This document shows positions 37,960-50,990 of a DNA stretch of 64,000 bases, piece by piece. Made by a program: the position numbers and the translations under genes. This DNA comes from Camelus dromedarius (Eukaryota). A model generated the notes under the pieces. It made no database searches. It was not told the origin of the DNA and was given only the letters and a program-made list of their open reading frames with translations. The stretch covers positions 5,210,001-5,274,000 of the forward strand of contig NC_087438.1 in assembly GCF_036321535.1 (NCBI RefSeq), given 5' to 3'. The number at the start of each line of letters is the position of its first letter. The first letter of the stretch is position 1.

Positions 37960-38175
37960 TGGCCTGGAGTGTGGACAGTGGGGCCGGCCAGGCCGGGTTG
38001 GTGTTTGGCACTTGTGGGATGTCAGGCAAAACGCTCTTTTTGTTCAGGCTTCCAAGTTGTAAAAATGGGATGACAGTCATCCCATCCCGTGTTGCAGCTT
38101 TTAGTGAGCGTTTAATGAACAGAAGCTGTGACGAGCTTGCTCTTTTCCTGGTGCGTATAGCTCAGTAAATATCAG
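37960..38175 (+). mobile_element. MIR
   Basis: ttgtaaaaatgggatgacagt...ttagtgagcgtttaatga...cctggtgcgtatagctcagtaaatat. Confidence 0.65.
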
Positions 38176-38384
38176 GGAGTTTCTTACTCTTTAGACACTC
38201 TTTACCCACCGTATCACTTAGAACATTGAAAATGTTCAATACTTGCTTATTGATTCAAGCAAGAATCACCTTAGCCTTCTGCAGTTGAGATCATTTCTTT
38301 TCATACGTTTAATGAGGGTAAAATATTATCACGTGTTTTATCCCCTCTCATGAGAAACATAAGGTTTCAAAAATTATAAATTTT

Positions 38385-38800
38385 TACCATCACTTGGGAT
38401 GAATAAATCTTGGCTCCTGGGGGAAGAGCCAGTTTGTGGGGCAAGTTAGGAGTTCGGTCTTAGGTACAAGTATGAGAGGTTTGTTAGAAATCCAGGGAGA
38501 AACACTGAGAAGGCAGTTGGAGCTGTAAGTCTGGAGTTCGGGGCCACAGGCCAGGCTGGAAATACACATCGGAGAGTAGCCTGCAGGTGAGTTGCATTTG
38601 AGGCTCTGAGATTGGACCCAGCCACCCAGGGACCCCGACATCAGAGCTCCACAAGAGAAGGAGGTGTCAGCAAAGGGCCCTGAGAAGAGGTGATTCCTGC
38701 AGCAGGTGGGAGGTGGGGCCAGTGTGATGCTCAGAAAGTCAACTAAATCAAGAGTCTCAGGAGGAAAGCAGACAGTGAGCTGCGTCCTCAAGGCGAGCGG
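38385..38800 (-). mobile_element. L2 fragment
   Basis: aggagttcggtcttagg...aggcagttggagctgtaagtctggagttcgggg...aggctggaaatacacat. Confidence 0.75.
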
Positions 38801-39136
38801 TTCTGCAGGGTGCAACGGGCAGCTGGGGAGAGAGCCTCCTTGCTGCAGGCTCAGCAGAGACGGGAGGAGAGGGATCAGAGGAAGGATGCAAAGTCTACTC
38901 TTCGGGGAAGTCTGGGAAACAAGATCGCCCATATCCTGACATCAGTTGTCCGGATAAGTAACCTATGATGGCCTGAAACAGTAAAAAGTGAGGCCAGATC
39001 TTAAGACCTGAAAACGTTTATTTAGGAGAAAAATATAGCAATGAGTCTTGCTTACTTGCCATTGTCCTTTTCTGAAACACGTGCGTGGGAGCTATTAACA
39101 GCTGGACCAGAATGTTTCCATCACGTTTCAGAAGTA

Positions 39137-39706
39137 CTATTTTTTAATTGAAGTATAGTTAGTTACAATGTGTGAATTTCTGGTGTACAGCACAACGTCC
39201 CAGTCATGCATATATTTGTTTTCATATTCTTTTGCATTAAAGGTTATTACAGGATATTGAATATAGTCCCTTGTGCTACACAGAAGTTTTTTTTTTTTTA
39301 CTCTATTTTTATATATCATGGCTAACATTTGCAAATCTCAAACTTCCAGATTTATCCCTTCCCACTACCTTTCCCCCGGTAACCACAAGGTTGTTTACTA
39401 TGTCTGAGAGTCTGTTCCTATTTTGTAGATGAGTTCATTAGTGTCCTTTTTTTTTCTTTTTAGTTCCACGTATGAGTGAAATCATATGGTATATTTCTTT
39501 CTCTTTCTGGCTTACTTCATTTCGAATGATGATCTCTAGTTCCATCATGTTGCTGCAAATGACATTATCTCTTGATGGCTGAGTAGTATTCTGTTGTATA
39601 AACATACCACAGCTTCTTTATCCAGTCATCTGTCGATGGACATTTATGTTGCTTTCATGTCTTTGCTGTTGTACACAGTGATGCTCTGACCGTTGGGGCG
39701 CACGTA
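39137..39706 (-). mobile_element. Camelid-type L1 3' end (about 570 bp, 5'-truncated)
   Basis: tttttaattgaagtatagttagttacaatgtg...gtcccagtcatgcatata...gatgagttcattagtgtcc...tttatccagtcatctgtcgatggacattt. Confidence 0.92.
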
Positions 39707-40544
39707 CAGAACTTGATCTCTGTTAGATGTAAGACGGTAAGAGATCTAGAGACACGTGTCTGGGGTTGGCGGTTGGCACCTCCACAGCCCGCCCCTTGGC
39801 TGCTGTCACAGCAGGAGTCGGAGCCCTGGTTTCCTCTGCCTCAGGGCTGGAAACAAGTGATCCCACAGTAGCTGCAAATTGACTGTCAGGAAGGAATTCT
39901 AGTTCCGTGGCATTTTATTGGGTTGTGTTTCTCTGTTGCTTTTATTGTGATTTCTGAAATGTTTTAGGACCAATTAATGGAACTGTAAGAAATCACCCAT
40001 TTCAGTTCTCAGAAGTAGCTACATACTTTTTATAACCTTGTTTATCACAGCTCAGGAATCGTGGGAAAACGAAGCAAAGCCCTCACCCCCGGTGCCTGCC
40101 CACCATGTGGGAGACGTGTCCAGAGCTGCGCAGTCTGGGTTCGGACGCTTCCCCCTTACTTGGGAGCTGTGTCTCTAAGAGAAGGGTGTTTGAGATGTTA
40201 ACAGAGAAGACACGCAGAACTGACCTGTAGGGGGCTCTCCACAGACGTGAGCTACTGTTTTTTGAAACACTTTCTTAAATGTTTTGCATTAATTATATAC
40301 CAAGTTCATGCTTTTAAAATTTTCAGAAATGTTTAAAACAAGATGAACCAGTGGATCCAGGGTCATAAGCATGCTGAGGGGACTAATTGGGGAATATCAC
40401 TAAAGACTGTTGAACAGAAGGATGATACGTGGTGACCAGTATTTTGAGTCTCTCATGTCACTGTGAACCTGGGGTCCTCACTGTCGAGGTAGCCCTGTAG
40501 TTGAACATCCTTCCCCAGCTCACAGCGCTGGGAGGCCAGGGTGC

Positions 40545-40563
40545 TAGCCTCCAGGGGGCAGCG
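40545..40563 (+). promoter_or_regulatory. Candidate CTCF-binding site
   Basis: TAGCCTCCAGGGGGCAGCG closely matches the CTCF core CC(A/T)(C/G)YAG(A/G)(G/T)GGC(A/G); motif match only. Confidence 0.4.
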
Positions 40564-41893
40564 TTTTGTCCCTTCAGGACAAAAGCACAATGGCAAGAGA
40601 TGGGATGCAGTTCAGCACACTTTGTTGAATGTGCGATGGGAATCCTTCGGGAGCAGGCACGACAGTTCCTCTGGGTTCGAAGGTCTTGGGGTGGGAGAGG
40701 AGCACCTGGGCATGCCGCCCGCCGTCTTCTGTGCTGGAGTCCTAAATTCTGCACAGGTGAGAATACATACACCGCCCAGTGAAGGCGCGGGGAGGTGCCA
40801 GCCCACAGTGGGCCTGGATGGGCGTGCAAGGGTGGTGGGTAGTTGCAAATGAGTGCAGCTGATGGGGTTCTGCCGCCCTCATCACGGGTACTTTGCTGTG
40901 GGTGTAGATTAGGGTGATGTCCCCTGGGAAGATGGGAGGAGCTGTGCTGTGAGGCGCTCTGTCTCCAACCCCAGTGACATGGAGGATTGAGCAGGGTTCC
41001 GTCTGTCACAGGATGGTGCCGTGGTTCTCTGTCCCCAGGTTAATGCGGTCCCTGCCTCCATCTCTGTGCTCCGCCCCCACCGCATCTCCCCCACCCCCGA
41101 CACGCACACACATGTGCTCACAATGGTACCTTTTTGATTCTTATAAGCAAAGTGTTCAACGGAGCTATTCTCTTTTATTCTTTCCTCCTAAGGGTTTAAC
41201 TTGTGTGGAGGGTTAGTTATCTAAGTTCTTGAATTGAAGGCCAACCAGTGCCCACCCCATGCCTCTGAAATGACCCTTCAGGTCCACGCACCTAGCAGGG
41301 GTCACAGTACCCAGTCAGATGTACACAATCCAGACCGTGGCTTTTCTCTCTCCACTGAATATCAGGCGCCAAACTTTCCAGCAAAGAATTCTCCTGCAGA
41401 GTCAGGAGACCCTGTAGCAGGGCAGCTGTGAGTGCGGGGAGGTGCAGCTGCCAGGCGTCCAGGCTGATAGGGGAGCCGTGCATGCGAAGTGAGTGTCTGT
41501 GGCCTTCGGGGTCCCCACCTACAGGTACAGTGACAGCCCTGCCTCCTGCAGACTTTCCTCAGTGTGGGGATTTCTGGTCAAATGCACTGAACCGGGGCAT
41601 TGCTCAGCACCCCGGGAAGCTAAGTGAGGAATATCACTGCCTTTCCTGGACCCAAGTTCCTGTTTCCATATTGGCCTTCTCTCTGTCCCCAGAGTTTTCT
41701 TCTGAACAGACAGACTCCTGTAACCCCTCTTCCTGAGATTTTTCCCCTCTTGGGCTGTACTGTTCTTTGAGATGTTGACTGCATTTTTGTATGGCGAGTT
41801 TCTGTTTTCCCTTCTCACCAGTGAAAAAAAATTGTATTCACTACAGAACACAAAGCTAAGGAAACAGAATCATTAGTCTTCAGTAATCCTGAG

Positions 41894-42339
41894 TCTATTA
41901 GTTAGGTTTCTGCAGAGAAACAGGCCAATAGAGTGTGTGTGTGTGAGTGTGTGTGTGTGAGTGTGTGTGTGTAGAGAGAGAGAGAGATTGGTTATAAAGA
42001 ATTGGCTTACAGGGTTGTGTGTGTGTGTGCTCTGTAGTCCAGAATCTGCAGGGTGGGCAGCTAGAGACCAGAGAACAGTCAGTGCAGCTCAAGTCCAAGG
42101 GCCATCTGCAACAGAATTGTCTCCTGCTCTGGGAAGATAGTCTTTTGTTCTATTTAGCCCTTCAACCTATTGGGTGAGGCCCACCACATAATGAAAGGGA
42201 CTCCCCTGTACTCAGAGTCCACCGATTAAAATGTGAGTTTCTCACCTAAAAGTGCCCCCAGGGAAACATCCAGAATCATGACTGCCCAGGTATCTGAACA
42301 CCATAGCCCAGCCAAATTGACACCTAAACTTAATCATCA
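41894..42339 (-). mobile_element. ERVL LTR (MLT2C-like) containing a (GT)n(GA)n microsatellite at about 41933-41986
   Basis: tattagttaggtttctgcagagaaacaggccaatag...ccttcaacctattgggtgaggcccacc...cccagccaaattgacacctaaacttaatcatca. Confidence 0.88.
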
Positions 42340-44069
42340 TTCTGCGTTTTCTTGGTGCTTCAGTTTAAAGCACTAAGTTGTATTTATTTCATGCAAAGAG
42401 TCTTTTGAAAACTAGGTATTTCCACAGTCTCATCGCTCCGATTCTGAGATGAAAGAAACAAATGTCATCGTCCTTAACTTTGCGAGGGCTGGCTTCTCAG
42501 TGTAGGTGCAGTTTTTCTTATTCTGCAGCTGTTCCCGCTCTACAATTCAGTTCCAGTTAAATAATATGTAATTATTTAGCTTGCTTCAACGCAGTGCAAT
42601 TTAAGATGAGATTTGGCGTACACCAAGTGTCTTCTTTGTGTGCGAGAGAGTGTGTGTGTGCCTGTGTGTGTTCTATTCAAGAGCTTTCTAATACCCAGAT
42701 TACTGGCCTGTGTAGGCTATGGCATTGCTGGCCCCCGGCTTTGGGATGGAAATGAAACTGGAAAATGAAAACAGTCTGATACAGTTGATACCAAAATCAT
42801 TGTTGTTTCTCTGTGAACGTGCTGAAAACTTCCAGCAGTTGTGTTGAAATCCAGAGCTCTGTGGTTTCCAGGCGTTATACTTACCAGTTACTCCTCAAAT
42901 GTCCGCGGCTTGTAACAGGACACTGGTGGGACCAGGACGCTGAGTTACGAAGGGTAAATAACGCCTCTGCAATGAGCCCTCTCTCCCAGAGTGACACCAC
43001 TTACAGGAAACCGTTTCCTTGTCTAATCAATTTACACGGAAGTGGGACTTTCTAGGAGCACTCGGGAAAGTCGGCTTTATGTCCAGAGCCCCGGCCCAGC
43101 CACACAGAACTGTCCAGGGGCTCGGGGAGAGCCTTCACTCGCAGACTACCAGCTTTCCTGACTAGTTGCCAAATTAATTGGCTATGATGGGAGGCTCGGC
43201 CCGGGCTGAGAAAATACGGTACTCAAATGTGGAACTACGCCTATAAGCGTGGGCGCTTAACTTCCACGGCTCTTGTCTTGACTGTAATTCTTTGCTTTTG
43301 CTCCCAAATCTAGGCTTTCTAGCTGAGGCTAAGGGAGCTGTAGCCGGTTACAGGGAGAATGGGGTGGAGTAAGACCCTCTTCAGAAGGTAAACCTGAGCC
43401 ATTAAGACACCACTTCTGCCTTCGGAGCCCACCGACGTGCAGCCCCCGGACGCACGGAGCCCTGTCTCCCCTCTGTGCCCGTCGTCTCCTTCTCCTTCCC
43501 TCTACCTCCCCGACTCCCCATCAGCCTGGCTGACACCGTCAGCCTCAGCTGAGCCCAGAGAAGCCACCCCAAGGGCAACAGCAGTCAGGAGCACCACAGC
43601 ACTGGCAGCCTGCACCCCACATCCACAGTGCTGCCCACAAAAGCTCACGCTGACATCAGTGCCTTACATCCCCCACCTGCTTGTCAGCCGAGCCCAGTGG
43701 CCCATGTGCTCCCTGGGCTATCAGGTCCCCACGCCTGAGATCAGGATGCGCTGTGGTGTAAAAGAAGTCAAACAGCCGGAGATGAGGACTCCCCTTCTAC
43801 TACTGACAGGGCTCTCTTGGCGAGCTTGGCTTGGCTCTGGTCCCAAGCAGCCTCGTCACTTAGCCTCAGCCCCAGGTGGAGCTGAACAGCTGCAGAATCC
43901 CCTGCTGGAGACGTAACCCAGGAGAATGCAAGGCATCTAGGAGCAAGTACGGCAACCAGTGTGTTCCCAGAAAGGAAAAGCGGAGAGGGGCTGTCCTTGG
44001 ATTCTCCTCTAGGAGGAGTGAGAGGCATAGCCAGGATAAGCTGGTGGCCTTTAGCTTCACTCCCTTCCA

Positions 44070-44516
44070 CGTGGCTTAGTCAGGGCTCTCCAGAGAAACA
44101 GAACCAACAGGATACACACAGAGAAGTTTGTTTTAAGGAATTATCTCATGAGATTGTGGGGGTTGGCAAATCCAAAATCTGTAGGGTGGGCCAGCAGGCT
44201 GCAGGTTCAGGTAAGTGTTGATGTTTCTGTCTTGAATCCAATGGCTGGAAGCTCAGGCAGAGTTTCTGTGTTGCAGTTTGGAGGCAGAATTCCTTCTTTG
44301 GCAAACCTATCTTTGTTCTTAAGCCTTCAACTGATTGGATGGGGCCCACCCACGTTATGGAGGGTGATCTACTTTACTTAAAATCGACTGATTGGGAATG
44401 TTAACAATGTCTAAAAAAAAAACAACACAACACTTTATAGAGACATCTAGATTTGTTTGGCCAAACAACTGGTCGCCATAGTCTTGCCAAATTGACCCAT
44501 GAAGTTAACCATCACA
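44070..44516 (-). mobile_element. ERVL LTR (MLT2C-like)
   Basis: ttagtcagggctctccagagaaacagaaccaacagg...gccttcaactgattggatggggcccacccacgttatggaggg...gccaaattgacccatgaagttaaccatcaca. Confidence 0.9.
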
Positions 44517-45006
44517 GCACAGAAACAAGAGAGAGCAGCAGTGAGGGCAAAGCGGGCAGCATCCTTCCATGTGCTCTTAGAAGCAGAATTCATTCTCCCA
44601 ACACCAGACACCATAGACTCTCATTAAATTGGCACTGCATGGATGTCTTTACCCAAGTATTTCTTTATTTCTGCTACTCTGGAGCCAATGAAGAGTGGTT
44701 TGGGTGGGGAGGTACAGCTCGAAGGCAGAGGGCATGAAACTGTTTTTTATGGTTCAGACTTAGGGTTAAAAAGTATTAACCATGAACCTTGGTATGTGTA
44801 TTTGTTTATTCATAAACTATATGCTAATAGTCTATGAACATTATAAAGCAGGTTAGCATTAAAGGTAAACAACAATGAAAATAATCTTATTTACTGTTTA
44901 ATAATTCAAAAATATGTCAGAACCTTTTATTTAGTATTTTTAATATTTAATATTTTTGATTAGAGCAGTATGATGAAACACATTTCATTGCTTAAGAATT
45001 GTTTGG

Positions 45007-45158
45007 TTGCTGCAAGTGGCGTTATGTTGTCGGTTTTTATGGCTGAATAGTATTCCGTTGTATAAATATACCACCTCTTCTTTATCCAGTCATCTGTTGA
45101 TGGACATTTAGGCTGTTTCCATGTCTTGGCTATTGTAAATAGTGCTGCTGTGAACATT
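45007..45158 (-). mobile_element. Internal L1 ORF2 C-terminal fragment with no 3'UTR or poly-A
   Basis: Minus-strand ORF MFTAALFTIAKTWKQPKCPSTDDWIKKRWYIYTTEYYSAIK is the L1 ORF2p C-terminus. Confidence 0.9.
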
Positions 45159-46581
45159 AACACTTTGCAATAGAATGTCTTTAAGTTCTGTCCTTAAGTT
45201 CATTTAATTCTGACACTTGGTTTAATGATCCAATGATCTAACTGAGGAGAGACTTGAGGACGGGGTCTTTACATCATGGTACTCATTTTTGAGTCCTGTC
45301 CACATTTACACAGAGGTTTTTGATGAAGTTCAGTGGCAAACTCTCCATGTGTTTTCCTGATGTCAGTCAGTTCTTGCAAATAAACCAGAAGGTCTTGCAT
45401 TTTTATTTTTCAGCAAATTGGTTCAAGATGTGCTGCATCTTCATTTGGGAGATTTTTAACTGAATTTAAAAATCCTGTTTCTAAGGAATACAAATGTAGA
45501 AATATGAGAGTTTTTATAGTGTTTTTGGCAAGAGAATCACAAAAAGAGTAGTATTTCTAAGCGCCTGCTTTTCAGATGGCTTCTCCACAACATGTTCTTA
45601 AAGAAAAAACTCATTTCTCCCTCATGGTTAAAATGACAATTTTAGGAAAGATTAATTGTGTGTATGTGTTTAAAAATACTTCATAGATAGTATGATGCTA
45701 CCTGGTTTTGTCATGACAAGAAAGGTCAACAATTTGATTGCTATAATCTTGGCCAAAACAAAAAAAGACACACAGAAGACACGTAACACCTATTTCAGTT
45801 TAATGACTGTGCTGAAGGTAACCAGGAAAGTACTGTGTGGTGTGAGAACCCATCATGTCAGGAAGTTTTGTACAGATTTTACTGTCTCAAGAATTAACCA
45901 CACAGAACGTTCTGGAACAGGTGCATCACCATAGGTTGCAGTATGCCAACACACCAGAGAGGGCGCCAGCTCTGGTGCTCCTCCCGAAAGTCCTGCCTTC
46001 CTGCTGGTGTCCCCTCTGTTAAAGTGACACCCGTGTGTCTGGCAGTCACCTAGAGAGGATGCCACTGTTAGTCAAGGAACTAAATAGCTGGATAGCTTTC
46101 TTACTTTTAACTTAAAAAGATACATGTAAGTGGAAGTCCAGATGTTTGCTTGCACGCTCCGTGAACCCCTGTTCTAGAGAAAGCCCTCTTCCCAACCCAG
46201 CCGAGAGGGCACCAGAGGACCCTCATCACAGGGAGCATGGTATGTCTGCCTTTATCTATTTTGGTAAATTTTATTCATTAATTATATTAAATAAGTGTGA
46301 GTAGAGGCAACGTGACAGGAAGATGTCAAGCTAAGAATGCCCCTCAGAAGCTCACCCAGGCCTGAGGTCCACGTCTCAGCGATGGAGCCCCTGACAGAGC
46401 GTGGCAGGCTGGAGGTCCCGCCGCGCACTTGCAGCCGCATCGCAAGCTGCACCCCGCCTCTGCCCCCTGGCCTCGCCACCATCCAGACCCACCTCAGGGC
46501 CAAGTGCACATCTGCGCCCATCGCTCCCCTTCCCGGGAAGTCCCGGACCCACCAGCAGCGTAGTCACGTCCTGATCCATGT

Positions 46582-47384
46582 GTAGGGCTTCTTCCTAGTG
46601 CTGTTGTGACAAATCACCGCAGATCGTGGCTCAGTGCAGCACAGGTGTATTCTCGTCCCATTGTGAAGACCAGAGTCTAAAGTGGGTTGCAGGCCTTGCT
46701 CCTTCTGGAAGCTCTAAGGGAGAACTTGTTTCCTTGCCTTTCCTGGTGTTAAAACGCGATAAAAGAATTGGAGGTAATCCAGACAAACTTAACCCTTCGT
46801 GAAGCAGTCTCCGTTCAGAGCACTGCACGGTGGAGCAGAAGGCAGGAAGCTGTCGTAGGATAAAAAAATAAAGAATGAGGAAGAGAAAAATAGAAAATGT
46901 CTGATTGGCTGGGGCCACGGGCTCAGCTTTGGGGTGAGAAGGAACAAGGGAGGTGGCGTGGCATTTGGGGATTGGCCAATGGGCTGCACTGTGGTTTGGG
47001 TCCAGCAGAGTGTCTACAGGGACACAGAAGTTATCCAAGCTTCAGCTTGTGGACGTGGCGCCCTGGGCGGGAATGGCTGCATCTCAGCCTGCAAACCTTG
47101 GTTCATGGTTCGTCCTCTGTCTTCAGAGCTGTACGTCCCTCCCTCCTGTCTCTGCCTCTGTGGCCATCAGACCATCACCTTTTCTCCGTCTGTGACCTTC
47201 TGACTCCCTCTTAGAGAAGTCCCTGGGATTATGTTGGGTCCAACCAGATAATCGAGAATAATCCAAAACATCCTAAGTCCTATCTTGATCACAACTGCGA
47301 AGTCCCTCTTGCCTGGTAAGGCCGCCTGTTCACAGTGTCTGGGATTAGAGGGGGACGTCTGAGGGTGCCGTTCAGTCTAATGCA
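46582..47384 (-). mobile_element. ERVL-MaLR LTR (MLT1C/D-like), interrupted by an unrelated insert of about 350 bp
   Basis: 5' piece gctgttgtgacaaatcacc...ctccttctggaagctctaagggagaacttgtttccttgcctttt (to about 46746); 3' piece ...gattatgttgggtccaaccagataatc...ttgatcacaactgcgaagtccctcttgcc...gggattagag. Confidence 0.8.
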
Positions 47385-50300
47385 CTCGTCGCTTTTGTGA
47401 CTAACCGTCAGTCAAGTGGTAATATAGAAGTGGCTGCCAGCACACAGCACAGAAGGGAAAAAACAAAGACTGCAGACTTTAGGGAGAGAATGCTGGGGTC
47501 AGAAGGATAATAGAACTGCTTACGTTTGCATACACGTTCCCAATCGAGTGAGTGTTACAAATTAGCCTCAATCAGGATTCCGGGAGCAAGAGGCAAACAT
47601 GTTTCTCCCGTTTCAAGGGCACAGGCGGAAACACAGCTGAGACTCCTTCGTCCAGCTGTTGCAAGTGCCCATAACAGCTGCTGCCGGCCTCCAAGATGCC
47701 CGGGCTCTCCCTTCCCAACGCCCCCCACCCCCGGCCAGTGGACAGACACCCGTGGGCCCCTTGGCACCCAGTGGCCGGCTGGCGGCCCTGCGGCGCAGCT
47801 GCAGTGCTTTCTGTCCTGTTTCTGACTTGCAGTGCTGGGATCATGGTTGTTTCAACTAACATCTCCCATGACTTGGAACACATTTTGTTTTAGGTCTAGA
47901 AGAGCTTCACCCAAAATGTTCTTCCCTTCTCCCCAAAAGCCATGCGGGTTGGAATTTCTTCCCCAGCCCCCACCAGAAATCGTCCTGACAGACGCTGCTT
48001 CCTGGTCCTCACTTCTGAGCAAAGAGCCTCCAGGGAGAGATCTTTACTTAAGGGCTTCTCAGAAGACAACGAGAGCACAGAGAAGTTCTGGGTCCTGCTG
48101 TGGCCGGAAACATGCTCCGAGAGGCGGGAAGAGACAGGAAATCAGGAGAGTTTGCCCAAACCTTCCTCTGCTTGAAGAGCAGTCTGAGGCCCTCATCCCC
48201 CCGTGAACTTCACTTCTTTGGGTCTGCAGTGACGTTCAGGGCAACATCTCAGCAAATTTCCCTGTTCAGTTTGAGCAAAAGATAATCGAACAGTCTTAGC
48301 ATATTAATATATTAAACTAGGTTAAGTAGACGTTAGAGGCCTAACCAGTAATCCAGGGGAGGCAGGGTGTCTGAGGATGGCGGTCGGCCAATCCCTTGTT
48401 TAGTTATATCACTAGCAGAGTTATTAATACCAATACTAATACTAATAGGCATGTAGTAAATGACTACAGTGGACAGTTAGGTACCTAGCTTCTGGACTGA
48501 TACCTATTTAGCCACCAAAAAAAAAGAAAAGAAAAAATTAATAAATCCTGTACCAGCAGCATCTCACTGCCCAGGCCTCGCAGCTGGTGGAAAATATAGT
48601 TAGCTGGGAAAGTGCTTCCCCAGGCCCCCGGCACTGCCACGGCTCACCCTGATGTGGGAGCTGGCCTGTGTCCAGCAGCCCCTGCGTTGGATGTCCTGTG
48701 GTTGTAACACCTCAATTCTGGAGCCTCTAGCCTGGTGCCTCGAACTCCAGGGCTCAGAACTGTGGCTTTTCACTGAAGACATCGTGGCTCCTGCTTTGGT
48801 GGGCCGATGGCGCCCCGTGCTGGGGGAACAAATGAAGGGTGTAGCTCTGGGATCCTTAAGGAAAGCTGGAGCCAGGCGCATTGACGTCTGGCCGCCTTGG
48901 TGCTCCTGATCCTTGGACACTGGCTCTTCTGGAAGAGCACTGGGAGCCCTCCGTAAGTCAGGGCACTCCCGGGGCCGGGGAGGGGACAGCAGATGCTCTG
49001 AGGATTCGGGCACGAGGACTCCAAGGACGCCCGACGTGGAGTTTTGCACGCCCCAGAGCTCTCTTGGAAGGAGAGAGATGCTCTGTGCTGTCTAGGAGTT
49101 CTTCCCTCTGAGCTGGGAATTGCAGGGGTCGGGGAGACATCTGAAGGAACTCAGCGACTTGGGCTGGAAGGGGGTTTCCAAAGGATGACTCTTTGGAGTG
49201 GCCTCTGTGGCTCTCTAGGGCCTCAGGTAGCCAGGCCTGGCACTGTTGGGTGCAAGCTGGAAGCTTCCAGGCTTTCATGTGCCAAAGCCTTGTCAAGTAG
49301 AAACATTTTTTTTTAAAGTAACACGGGCAATTTCTGCTTATAGAAACCATCCATATAGAGGTTATATGAACATTTCAAAAGAATCTCTCCATAAAGCATC
49401 TAATAAAAAACATTTAATGGCAAAAGATGGGGCAAAATAGCCTAAGGAACACAGCCACGAATTGTTCCATCTGAAAAACATGTGAGGGTTTTTTTTTTTT
49501 TTTTGTCTCACTGCTGAATTGAAAACTCATTTTAAAAACTGGACTTCAATTGCAAAGAACTGTTTCTGCTCTCCAATAAGACTTCCACGTTCAAAGAGGG
49601 ACGATAGGAAAGGCGCTCTTTTTAGGCCATCGAAATGAGACACTCATGCTCCGGCGTCCCACCCCGCCGTCTGCCCTCCCCCCTCTTTTGCTGCATTGAA
49701 AGGTCCTGTGTGGTCACGGGTGTCCCCTCCCTGTCCTAGGTGCCCATCTGAAGTCCACCCACCGAGCTTCCCACCTGGTGATCGAACCCCTTCCCCAGCT
49801 GAGGTTGGCATTTCACTATGGAGGCTCAGCACCCCAATTTGTCGACACCCCAAGCGTGTGTTCCACTCTTGGGAGCAGATTCACATGCAAGAACATCATA
49901 AGGGAGAGACAGACCATTGATGTATTTACCCTGAGAGATCCTGCTATTGCCTAAACAGGATGCTCACGTTTGCAGATCAGTTCATGCTCCGTGAGTTGGA
50001 AGTTCAGTTATATTTGCAGTGATGCCCCAGGGCCAGGAATCAGAATGAGGGGGCCAAGAAGGATTGTCATGGCTGGGTCACCCGTGCTCCCAGTGCCTCC
50101 TCTTCCTCTGTAGAGGCCCATGTGGGTCACACTTGGACACACTCTGGACACTGTGGTCCTGAGCCTACCTGGCCTCTCCCTGGACGGCTCACCGAGACCA
50201 TCGCCACCTGCCTCTCCGACTCCGTTTTCCTTGTGCATTGTTGCTGCCCATTTCTGTGGCTCTCTGCTGGGTCCTGACATGCCTTTCTGCAGCGTACTGC

Positions 50301-50897
50301 TCTTTAAGACGTTCTGGGTCTATTTTATGTTTGGTTTTTGATATAATTCTTAGGGAAAATTTTTGTATTACTTTTTCCAAGTTCCAGGAGGGAGAGGAAC
50401 CACCTCCCTGTGTGCCCGTGTTCTGCCCACACGTTAAAGATGTCTTTCTCTCCTCTGCCTGGGAGGTGGGGAACGAGCACTTGCTTAGTTCCCACATCAC
50501 ACCAGAAACGTTTCATGTTTTTATTAGGAACTTCAATGAGAACATGCAGGGTGGGTGGAACTGTCGATGACAGAGCTAAGATTCCAGCACGTGAAGTCCA
50601 GGATCACACAGCAGCGTATAATGTCTGCATGGGGATTTTTGCCCCACTTGTCTGGATCTAAATGCCTTGCCCTTTGCCCCTCCCCACCCCCCATCACAGA
50701 GCCAAGAGCTGGGGCTCCCCTGGGCCCTCCCGGCCTCCTGCTCCAGCCTCTCCCGCTGCGGGTCCTGCTCGCTGATTCCTTTCCCCGGACTAGTCTTCCC
50801 TCTTGTCTCATCTGTACCTTGAAACAAACATAATTCTGGTGAAGCAGCCAGCGGAGTCCGTTGCTGGACCCTCCTTCACGCTGGGGGCCCTCTGGGG

Positions 50898-50990
50898 AGA
50901 CTAAGAACTCCTGAGGGCAGGGTTCATGTCCTCGGCATCCCAGCACAGTCCTGGCGTTTGATGGGATAATCAGGTATCCGTGAAGAGGTG
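50898..50990 (+). mobile_element. L2 3' end
   Basis: gactaagaactcctgagggcagggtt...cagcacagtcctggc. Confidence 0.55.

Noticed and set aside
39122..39714. Target-site duplication for the L1 at 39137 (cagaagt / cagaact)
   Set aside because: Too short and mismatched to distinguish from chance.
41602..41622. REST/RE1-like motif ctcagcaccccgggaagcta
   Set aside because: The right half lacks the GGACAG core, so the match is too weak.
43229..43267. Possible hairpin gtggaa...cgccta...tgggcg...ttccac as a small RNA
   Set aside because: Two short interrupted stems only; too short for a pre-miRNA and no tRNA or snoRNA motifs.
44960..45163. ORF with clear protein similarity
   Set aside because: It is a short L1 ORF2p fragment, not a host gene; recorded as a mobile element.
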